A stretch of DNA of 24,000 nt. Source: Candidatus Wolframiiraptor sinensis. GTDB lineage: Archaea; Thermoproteota; Nitrososphaeria_A; Caldarchaeales; Wolframiiraptoraceae. Positions within the stretch are counted from its first letter, which is position 1; the number at the start of each line of letters is the position of its first letter. Made by a program: the position numbers and the translations under genes. Location: NCBI GenBank assembly GCA_023261815.1, contig JALNKA010000004.1:22080-46079 (forward strand). Reading direction: 5' to 3'. A model generated the notes under the pieces. It ran no database searches and had not been told where the DNA came from. It was given only the letters and a program-made list of their open reading frames with translations. Of this stretch, positions 16,312 to 24,000 are shown piece by piece.

Positions 16312-17283
16312 TTGCCGGGAGGGTCTGGGGGCAGTGATGCTGGCTTGAGGGCTCTCGTGACGGGCGGGGCGGGCTTCATAGGAAGCCACCTGGTGGATGC
16401 ATTGATGAGATCAGGATACGAGGTCAGGGTGATAGATAATCTCAGCCAGGGCAGAATCGAGAACATCTCTAGATGGATTGGGGCGCCGGGCTTCGAGTTC
16501 ATTGAGGGCGATGTGGCGGATGAGGCCATCATGCGCGAGGCCGTCAAATCCTGCGACGCCGTCTTTCATCTCGCCGCGAACCCGGAGGTTAGGCTCGGAG
16601 ACCCGAGAACGCACTATAGGGAGAATGTTCATGCAACCTACGTCGTCTTGGAGGCCATGAGAGCGAGTGATGTGAAGAAGATGATATTCACGTCTTCCTC
16701 AACGGTTTACGGCGAGGCGAGGATCATGCCCACGCCGGAGGACTATTCCCCACTCCTCCCGATATCCATGTATGGAGCTTGTAAGCTCGCGAGCGAGTCC
16801 CTCATCATCGGGTATTGCATGATGTATGATATGGGGGCGGCGATACTGAGGCTCGCGAATATCGTTGGGTCCAGGGCGCGGCACGGGGTCATAGTGGACT
16901 TCATCATGAAGCTTCGCTCGAATCCGAGAAGGCTCGAGATCCTCGGCGATGGAGAGCAGACGAAGTCGTATCTCCTCGTGGATGACTGCGTTGATGCGAT
17001 CATGAGGGCTTTCGAGAGCATTGATCGCGGGGTCGAGATATACAATGTTGGATCGGAGGACGCGATAAACGTGAAGACAATAGCCGGGATAGTGATTGAG
17101 GAGCTCGGTCTCAGGGATGTCGAGATGACTTACACGGGCGGCGTCGAGGGCAGGGGGTGGAGGGGGGATGTGAGGAGAATGCTCCTCGACATCTCTAAGA
17201 TTAAGAGCTTGGGCTGGAGGCCAAGGCATAATAGCGCGGAATCCGTGAGGCTGGCGGCGAGAGCGCTGAAGGAGGAGCTTTAG
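16312..17283 (+). CDS. galE: NAD-dependent sugar-nucleotide epimerase (UDP-glucose 4-epimerase-like)
   Basis: LVTGGAGFIGSHLVDALMRSG, FHLAANPEVR, SSSTVYGEA, YGACKLASE (YxxxK), SYLLVDDCVDAIMRAFE. Start codon uncertain (TTG 16312 or later). Confidence 0.88.
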   Translation: MPGGSGGSDAGLRALVTGGAGFIGSHLVDALMRSGYEVRVIDNLSQGRIENISRWIGAPGFEFIEGDVADEAIMREAVKSCDAVFHLAANPEVRLGDPRTHYRENVHATYVVLEAMRASDVKKMIFTSSSTVYGEARIMPTPEDYSPLLPISMYGACKLASESLIIGYCMMYDMGAAILRLANIVGSRARHGVIVDFIMKLRSNPRRLEILGDGEQTKSYLLVDDCVDAIMRAFESIDRGVEIYNVGSEDAINVKTIAGIVIEELGLRDVEMTYTGGVEGRGWRGDVRRMLLDISKIKSLGWRPRHNSAESVRLAARALKEEL

Positions 17284-17285
17284 CG

Positions 17286-18131
17286 ATGTCCCATGAACTT
17301 AGATGGAACCCGCTTCTGAGATGCTGGACTATAGTCGCCGGCCGGAGGATTAAGAGGCCATGGAGATCCGGAAAGTGCCCATTCTGCCCCGGAGGTGAGG
17401 AGACAGCGGGCTCATGGAGGGTTCTCGCCCTCCCCAACAGGTATCCAGCTCTCTCGCCGAATGCCCCTGAGGTAATCGGAGACGACTTATTTGGTAAGGC
17501 GAGGGCCCTCGGGGAGTGCGAGGTGATAATCGAGTCCCTCCAGCATGAGGGAGACTTCCCCGATTTTCCGCTTGATCAGGTCGCTCTCTACATCGAGCTG
17601 CTGGCTGAGAGGACGAGGATCCTGGGCTCAAAGCCTTACATCAAGTGCGTTGTTCCCTTCAAGAATAAGGGAGCGCTGATAGGAGTCTCGCTGACGCATC
17701 CTCATAGCCAGATTTACGCGCTTCCATTCATACCGCCGAGGATAGCGAGGGAGCTCGAATCCACCGAGGATTATGGCCGGAGATATGGCAGGAGCATCTT
17801 CGACGACATACTTGCGAGGGAGCTCGAAGAAGGCTCCAGAGCGATATACGAGAACGACTCGTTCATCATCTTCATGCCATTCTTCGTGATGTGGCCCTAC
17901 GAGCTGCACGTCTATCCAAAGATCAATGTTACATCTCTCCCGGAGCTCGGCCGCGGTGATCAGGAGATGCTCGCCGACGCGGTAAGGGTCGCGGTCGGAA
18001 CCTACGAGGAGCTATTCGGCAAGGACTGCGCCTACATGATGATCTTCCACCAGGCTCCAACGAGCGGGAAATATCCAGACTACAGGCTTCACCTAGAGTT
18101 TTATACGCCGCACTTCAGAGCGACAGAATAA
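17286..18131 (+). CDS. galT: Galactose-1-phosphate uridylyltransferase (C-terminus apparently frameshifted; probable original end 18268)
   Basis: LLRCWTIVAGRRIKRPW, CPFCPGGEE, VSLTHPHSQIYALPFIPP (HPHxQ), MIFHQAPT. A tail resembling the GalT C-terminus follows in another frame. Confidence 0.9.
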   Translation: MSHELRWNPLLRCWTIVAGRRIKRPWRSGKCPFCPGGEETAGSWRVLALPNRYPALSPNAPEVIGDDLFGKARALGECEVIIESLQHEGDFPDFPLDQVALYIELLAERTRILGSKPYIKCVVPFKNKGALIGVSLTHPHSQIYALPFIPPRIARELESTEDYGRRYGRSIFDDILARELEEGSRAIYENDSFIIFMPFFVMWPYELHVYPKINVTSLPELGRGDQEMLADAVRVAVGTYEELFGKDCAYMMIFHQAPTSGKYPDYRLHLEFYTPHFRATE

Positions 18132-18247
18132 AGTATGCGGCGGGTATAGAGTGGGGCGCATGGGTCTTTACATATGATGGCGTCCCGGAGGAAAGGGCTG
18201 AGGAGGTTAGGGCGGCCGCGAGAAAGGCTCTCGGGAGGATCGATCAC

Positions 18248-19192
18248 CTAGGGAGAGCTCTCGGCTGATCGCGCGGCCAGCATCGAGATGAGCTTGCAGT
18301 AGCTGCATCTGCTCGCGAGCGATGGCATCCCGCATCTCTCGCATTCCACGAGATTGGGCTCAGCCACGGACTTCTCAAGCCTCGGCAGAATCCTCTTAAC
18401 ATGCGACTTGTAGAGCATGTGCTTGAACCCTGTTATCTCGCGCTCGATCAGATCTATCAGCCTCTTCCTCCTCAGCATCCTAGAGCCCTCGACGAGCGGG
18501 CACGAGGAATCCAGGATCGGCATCTCATGAGCCAGAGCGTAATACAGGTTCTCCCTCTCCGTCAATTCTATGAGGGGCTTTATCTTCGTGACCAGCTTCG
18601 GGTTATCGCTCCGCGAGATGGGCTTAACTCTCACAAGATCCTCGACCGATCCCCTGAGATAGAGCTCGAAGAGGAGCTCCACGACGTCGTCGAGATTGTG
18701 GCCGGTGGCAAGCCTATCGGCTCCAAGCTCATATGCAAGCCTATTCATCAGGTATCGCTTAACGGTTCCACATGCTCCGCATATCCTCCTGCGGAGGGGC
18801 GTGGACCTCAGATCCGGAATCCTATAGCCCTCCGCGCTGAATAGATCATGAATGACAAGCTCCACTCCAAGGTTTTCGCAGACCCTCTCAACGATCTCCT
18901 GGCATTTCTCCGAGTAACCTTCTATTCCGAGATTTATGTGGATGGCCATGACCTCTATTCCCGGGAATTTCTCGCGCGCCAGCTTGCTCATGGCCGTGAG
19001 AAGAGCCGTGCTATCCTTTCCGCCCGAGACCGCGATGGCAACCCTTCCAGCGCCGCGGAGCATTCCATGCTTCATGACCGTGTTATAGACCTTCCTCTCA
19101 TAATACTTGATGAAGCACTCCCTGCAGAGCATCATCTTCGAGTGCTCAATGAAATAGGCGGCCGGGCCGCCACACAGCTTACAGATGGGCAT
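18248..19192 (-). CDS. TtuA/Ncs6 (CTU1)-family tRNA 2-thiolation ATPase
   Basis: N-terminal zinc motif CKLCGG...CREC, PP-loop VAIAVSGGKDSTALL, CGACGTVKRYLMNRLA, TGHNLDD, C-terminal CERCGMPSLASRCSYCK. Confidence 0.93.
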   Translation of the reverse strand: MPICKLCGGPAAYFIEHSKMMLCRECFIKYYERKVYNTVMKHGMLRGAGRVAIAVSGGKDSTALLTAMSKLAREKFPGIEVMAIHINLGIEGYSEKCQEIVERVCENLGVELVIHDLFSAEGYRIPDLRSTPLRRRICGACGTVKRYLMNRLAYELGADRLATGHNLDDVVELLFELYLRGSVEDLVRVKPISRSDNPKLVTKIKPLIELTERENLYYALAHEMPILDSSCPLVEGSRMLRRKRLIDLIEREITGFKHMLYKSHVKRILPRLEKSVAEPNLVECERCGMPSLASRCSYCKLISMLAARSAESSP

Positions 19193-19209
19193 CCTAATCG
19201 AAGAGAGAA

Positions 19210-20466
19210 TCAGATCTCGTATTTATGATGCTTCTCTGGGAGGACTGCGTCCAGGCTCAACTCGTTCCTGGCGTAATCTGCGAGGTCGCGGCAGGCCTCG
19301 GGCTCTCCGTGAATCGTGAAGACCTTGGTGCCGGGGCTTAAGCTTCCGAGATAGGATCTCAGCTCGCTTCTGCCAGAGTGAGCGCTGAAGAGGAACTGCT
19401 TCACCCGCGCCTTCACCTCAACATCCTCACCCCTCACGGTTATCTTTCCCTCCTCGAGAAGCCTCGCGCCCGGCGTCCCAGGCACCTGAAAGCTCACCAG
19501 AAATATCCCGGAGTAGGGGTCATCGAATATCCTCTCGAGGTAGTATGCCGCCGGCCCTCCCTTCAGCATCCCCGCCGGGCTTATGATCACCCCGGGGCTC
19601 TCAGCGGCCCTCTTGCGCTTCTTCCTATCATTCACCCTCATCACGTGCTTTGAGGCCGAGTAGAGGAGCTGATATCCCTGAACGAATTCCTTGGACTCTA
19701 GGAAGAGGTCCAAGATCTTCACGGCCATGCCATCTAGGTAGACCGATTCCCTCACGCCATAAGCCTCTAGGATGCACATCATCTCCTGCGATCTCGCCAC
19801 GGCGAAGGCCGGGACGAGAACTCTCCCGCCAAGATCGATCAGCTCTATGACGTCATTCACGAAATCCCTCTCAAGATCCATTCTCCTCGGGTGCTCTGTT
19901 AGGGCATACGTCGCCTCCGTCACGACGGCGTCAACATCTCTCGGCATATTCTTCGCGCCCGATAGCAGCCTCGTCTTCCGGGTTGAATAATCTCCAGTGT
20001 AGAGGAGGGTTTTGTCGGCGTTCACCAAGACTTGGATACTTCCGGGTATATGACCAGCATCGAGAAACGTTATCTCCGCATCCTTGACTTTCACCGTGTC
20101 GCCGTAATTCACCCTTATCCCCCTTCTAAGGAGCTCTTCCACCTCCAGCACCTCGTAGGGGATGTAGTATCCGCTCAGCTTGAGGAAATCCCTGAGGAGA
20201 ATATCGCTCAGCTTGAACGTCATGTCGGTCGCGTAGACCTTCACCCCGCCATTCAGCATCAATAATGGGGCGGCCCCGCTATGATCAAGGTGAGCATGAG
20301 TGATCACAACGGCGTCGAGATCCTTTGGAGAAATATGGCCCGGGAAGAGGGGCTCTGGCTCGGAGGGCTTAACACCGTAATCTAGCAGTATTCTAGCATC
20401 TCTAGTCTCGACTAGAACTGCGGCTCTCCCGACCTCCCCAATCCCGCCCAGAAAACTTACCCTCAT
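19210..20466 (-). CDS. Beta-CASP metallo-beta-lactamase RNase (CPSF-like, mRNA 3'-end processing factor homolog)
   Basis: VVITHAHLDHSGAAPLL, LDAGHIPGSIQVLV, YTGDYSTRKTRLL, PAFAVARSQEMM, FLFSAHSGRSELRSYL, TIHGEPEACRDLA; no N-terminal KH domains. Confidence 0.92.
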   Translation of the reverse strand: MRVSFLGGIGEVGRAAVLVETRDARILLDYGVKPSEPEPLFPGHISPKDLDAVVITHAHLDHSGAAPLLMLNGGVKVYATDMTFKLSDILLRDFLKLSGYYIPYEVLEVEELLRRGIRVNYGDTVKVKDAEITFLDAGHIPGSIQVLVNADKTLLYTGDYSTRKTRLLSGAKNMPRDVDAVVTEATYALTEHPRRMDLERDFVNDVIELIDLGGRVLVPAFAVARSQEMMCILEAYGVRESVYLDGMAVKILDLFLESKEFVQGYQLLYSASKHVMRVNDRKKRKRAAESPGVIISPAGMLKGGPAAYYLERIFDDPYSGIFLVSFQVPGTPGARLLEEGKITVRGEDVEVKARVKQFLFSAHSGRSELRSYLGSLSPGTKVFTIHGEPEACRDLADYARNELSLDAVLPEKHHKYEI

Positions 20467-20529
20467 GCCGGCTTCAACACGCGCTTCAGGCTTTCCGCCT
20501 TCTCCGCTACCGGGCGCTCAGCCCAATTC

Positions 20530-22173
20530 TTAAACATTGCGACTCGACTCGTCTCCCGCAGCGGAGCCCCAGCCGCCGGCGTAGCTCATCAGCTCCCCAA
20601 GATCCCCGAGCTCCTCCACCGCAACTCCCAGATCCCTCAGCTTCTTGGCAAGCTCCTCCTCGAACTTCTTCAGCGTTCTCGTTTCAGGCTTCAGAATATA
20701 AGCTCTCTTATAGCCGGCTGCCATGAATTGTTTAAGCGCCTCCGCGAGCAGCTCCTCAAGGTTACTATCGAGCAATGCCCTGGGGTAATTCGTCTGAGAG
20801 AAAGGGTAAGTGTATCTGAGACCGAGGGGTATCAAGCCGTATGGGCTTCCATAGAAGAGTATGTCGAGGTTTTTGGGAAGCTTTAATGCTTTCTCGAGGG
20901 AGAGCTTGAAGGTCTCGGGTAAGAGCAGCGCCTCTCCGCCGGATCCCCTTCCCGCGAGACAGTTCTCGAGAAGCCTCCTCCTAGCAACTCTCACGAGCGG
21001 CCTTCCCAAGCTCATCTCGTCATAGAGGTTTATCCCTCTCCTCCCGGAGATAGGCGCATTCTCCTCCATCAGCTTCACGAGGTCCTCGTCTCGCATGATC
21101 TCGATGAAGCCCTGGTAGAGGCTTGGATGGCTTCTCGCCCTCTGCTCTATCAGCTCCATGAGCCTTCCATCCCTTATCGCCTGCTTCACCCTCTTCACCT
21201 CCTCGAAGCAGACGTAGAGATTGTGCATGGCGATCGCCCTCACCCTCTCGCTCCTCGGCATCTGCTTGAGCGTGGCCGCATCTATCCTGGAGCATACCGG
21301 GCAGCAGCATGGCAGGTAGTCGAGCTTCTCAACTCTTATGGTCCCAGTCTCTGTCATGTATCTACCATCCCTAGCATAGAGATAATAGCTGGCCGAGTCG
21401 AACATATCCACGCCCAAAGCTACTATGAATGGGAATATCATCGGATGGCCGGCTCCGAAGAGGTGGAGCGGCTTCCCGAAGCCCACCGCGAACCTGGCAG
21501 CGCATATCATCCGGAACAGCTTATCGAACTTGTATCCCTCCATTAGGGGTGTCGGGCTTCCTAGGGCATAGAGGTCGAAGTTCATCTCCTTCTCCCTGCC
21601 GGCGCAGTAGCTGATGAGGTCCAAGTGTATTCCGCCCTGAATCGGCGCAGCCCAGAGGCATCGCCTAGCACCCCTCCTCGCCAGGAACTCGAGTGTCGCC
21701 TCGAGATTTCTCAGGGTCATCTCCACGGACTCCCTAGCCTTCTCCCTGCCACTCAGCCCAGTCGGGACGTCTAGAGGGACGGCGATATCACTTCTCATCT
21801 CCTCCTGAAGCTCCGCGATCTCCTCCGGGGAGGCCTCAACCCAGCCATATTCCAAGACCTGGTATCCGCCGCTATCGGTCATGACCACGCCATCGAAGTT
21901 CAGGATCCCGTGAACCCCCCTCCTCAGAGCATCATCCCTGAGTCTCCGCAGGATTATGTAGGCATTCGTTATTACGGCTTCCGCTCCGAGGTTCTCCTTC
22001 ATCCAGCTGGCCGGAATATCCTGCGCGACCGGATTTATGACGGGGAGGAAGAGCGGCGTCTCGGCGGCTCTCCCGCTCGCGGTCCTGAGCCTTCCAATCC
22101 TCCCCAAGTGATCCTCGGCGATTATCTCGAACAAGGGTCTCCAGGATCGAGAGGGGCGCGCGGCTCTTAACAA
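20530..22173 (-). CDS. tgtA: Archaeosine tRNA-guanine transglycosylase (arcTGT)
   Basis: 547 aa; [123 protein letters not shown] zinc site. Confidence 0.95.
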   Translation of the reverse strand: [547 protein letters not shown]

Positions 22174-22188
22174 ATCTTCGCGCCGGAG

Positions 22189-23985
22189 CTAGGTGAAGAG
22201 GCTGATGATCCTAAAGTTCACGGTGTCTATGAGCCCCTTATCTGTTAGCCTCAGCTCCGGGAGCACGTCTAAAGCTAAGAGCGAGATGGTCATGAAGGGC
22301 GAGACCCACTCGCATCCAAGCCTTCTCCACGTCTCATACATCTTCTCCAGCTTCTCGGCGACGACCTCGACTGGCTCCGTTGACATGAGCCCTGCTATCG
22401 GTAGCTCCACGGCTGATAGTATCTCGCCATCCTTCACCGTTATTATTCCTCCTCCCAGCTCCGCGAGCTTATTGGCCGCCAGGGCCATGTCCTCCCTGCT
22501 GCATCCTAGTATGATCATGTTGTGGCTATCATGCGCCACGGTGGTCGCGATCGCGCCTACCCTGAATCCGAAGCCCTTCACGAATCCCAGCCCAATGTTT
22601 CCCGTCCCTCTGTGCCTCTCAGCCACGGCGAGCTCGTAGATCCACCTATCAGGATCCGGGAGAACTATCCCGTCCTTAACTTCCAGATGATCGATTACAT
22701 GCCTCGTCAGGACATTTCCCTCGATGGCCTCGATAACCCTCACCTCGACCTCGCCCTCCTCAATGGGCGCCCTTATCTCGAAATCCCGCGGCTCGAGCCT
22801 CCTCTTCAGCCTCACGGATCTCGTGGCCCTCTCTGGATACGATGGTCTCGGGAGATCTATCAGCATCCTGCCATCCTTCGCGACGAGCTTGCCATCTGCG
22901 AAGACGGCCTCAACCCTGACCCTCGATAAATTGCCGATCACCAGTATGTCGGCGAACCTCGCAGGCGCGATGCTCCCAATCTCCCTAGCAACCTCATAAT
23001 GTTCCGCGGGGTTAAGAGTGGCCATCTGGATCGCTGTGACCGGGTCCACGCCCTCCTCTATAGCCCTCCTCACGACGTAATCCATGTGGCCCTGCTTGAC
23101 CAGAGACTCCGGCTCCCGATCATCGGTGACTAGGCACGCGTGTCTTGAATCGAGACCCGCCTCCGTTATCGCCTTAACGGTCTCCGCCACGTCGAGCCAA
23201 GCGGAGCCCTCGCGCATGTATGCGTACATTCCGAGCCGGATTCTCTCGATCGCGTCGCGCTTGGTCGTTAGCTCGTGGCTGGATGTTATCCCGGCGGCGG
23301 AGTACGCGGCCAGCTCTCTTCCTAGGAGGCCGGCGTCATGCCCCTCCACGAGCTTTCCAGCTCTTAGGGCGGCCGCTATCTTCGCGTGCACCTCAGCGTC
23401 TCCGGCGAGGACTCCGGGGTAGTTCATCATCTCCCCCAGCGCTATTACGCCATCCCATGAGAGCGCCTCCTCAACCTCCTTCGGGCCGAGATATGCTCCA
23501 GCGGTCTCGAACATGGGGTTTGCTGGAACGCATGAGGGGACGGTGATGAAGACTTTTAGCGGCAAGTTCTCCGCCTCCTGGAGCATGAGCTTAACTCCCT
23601 CCAAGCCGAGCACGTTAGCTATCTCATGCGGGTCTATGAAGACGGTAGTGGTGCCCCTGGGGAGAACGGCTCTAGCGAACTCGGTCAAGGTAACCATGCT
23701 GCTCTCGACGTGCACGTGCGCATCCAGGAAGCCGGGGGCGAGGTACTTTCCGCCCGCATCATATACCATGGTGTCGGGGCCTATGCAGTGATCTGCCTCG
23801 CCGATGAGCGCTATTCGATCTCCCTTAACAGCCACATCAACTCCCTCGAGAACCTCCCCGGAGTTCACATTCACGAGAACCCCATTCTTTATCACCAGGT
23901 CAGCCTTAATCCTGCCGAGCGCCACATCGACTAGAAGCCTCGTCACATCATGAAGCCTACTCCTTCCACCGAGAAAACGCGCCAT
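22189..23985 (-). CDS. ade: Adenine deaminase
   Basis: 598 aa; DLVIKNGVLVNVNSGEVLEGVDVAVKGDRIALIG, GFLDAHVHVESSMVTLTEFARAVLPRGTTTVFIDPHEIANVLG, VSPFMTISLLALDVLPELRLTDKGLID. Confidence 0.96.
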   Translation of the reverse strand: MARFLGGRSRLHDVTRLLVDVALGRIKADLVIKNGVLVNVNSGEVLEGVDVAVKGDRIALIGEADHCIGPDTMVYDAGGKYLAPGFLDAHVHVESSMVTLTEFARAVLPRGTTTVFIDPHEIANVLGLEGVKLMLQEAENLPLKVFITVPSCVPANPMFETAGAYLGPKEVEEALSWDGVIALGEMMNYPGVLAGDAEVHAKIAAALRAGKLVEGHDAGLLGRELAAYSAAGITSSHELTTKRDAIERIRLGMYAYMREGSAWLDVAETVKAITEAGLDSRHACLVTDDREPESLVKQGHMDYVVRRAIEEGVDPVTAIQMATLNPAEHYEVAREIGSIAPARFADILVIGNLSRVRVEAVFADGKLVAKDGRMLIDLPRPSYPERATRSVRLKRRLEPRDFEIRAPIEEGEVEVRVIEAIEGNVLTRHVIDHLEVKDGIVLPDPDRWIYELAVAERHRGTGNIGLGFVKGFGFRVGAIATTVAHDSHNMIILGCSREDMALAANKLAELGGGIITVKDGEILSAVELPIAGLMSTEPVEVVAEKLEKMYETWRRLGCEWVSPFMTISLLALDVLPELRLTDKGLIDTVNFRIISLFT

Positions 23986-24000
23986 AGCGTTTAAACTCCC

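Noticed and set aside
1-24000. CRISPR array, transposon ends or integrase next to the tRNA genes
   Set aside because: Scanning around all four tRNAs and the intergenic regions showed no regularly spaced repeats, transposase motifs or attachment-site duplications of tRNA 3' ends; the shared CCGGGTTCAAATCCCGG is normal T-arm sequence.

Overview
This 24 kb window looks like a chromosomal segment from a thermophilic archaeon. The grounds are a BHB-type tRNA intron, L31e/L39e/S19e/PDCD5, an RNase P protein, Nep1, arcTGT, an Lsm protein and TATA boxes placed for leaderless mRNAs; the exact lineage is not determinable here, though a TACK/Korarchaeota-like genome is plausible. From left to right it carries: an SDR oxidoreductase and tRNA-Met and tRNA-Glu genes; an Lsm protein with a C-terminal extension; an apparently solitary C5 DNA methyltransferase; L31e, L39e (absent from the supplied ORF track) and PDCD5; a BMP-type nucleoside ABC transporter cassette (Tat-signal binding protein, double ATPase, two permeases); S19e and RNase P Rpp21/Rpr2; Nep1; an intron-containing tRNA-Gly(GCC); a KaiC-like gene broken by three frameshifts; a small Cys-rich protein; NadE; tRNA-Gly(TCC); a PD-(D/E)XK/HSDR_N-like protein with an apparently altered catalytic residue; a galK-galE-galT Leloir cluster with a 9-bp tandem duplication in the galactokinase signature and a frameshift near the galT C-terminus; a TtuA/Ncs6-type tRNA thiolase; a beta-CASP metallo-beta-lactamase nuclease; archaeosine tRNA-guanine transglycosylase; and adenine deaminase. 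I found no CRISPR array, transposase or clearly new defence system. The most interesting observations are a perfect 12-bp inverted repeat directly upstream of the transporter TATA box, the ribosomal/RNase P gene cluster split by the transporter cassette, the possible decay of the KaiC-like and galactose genes, and the altered nuclease-like protein.
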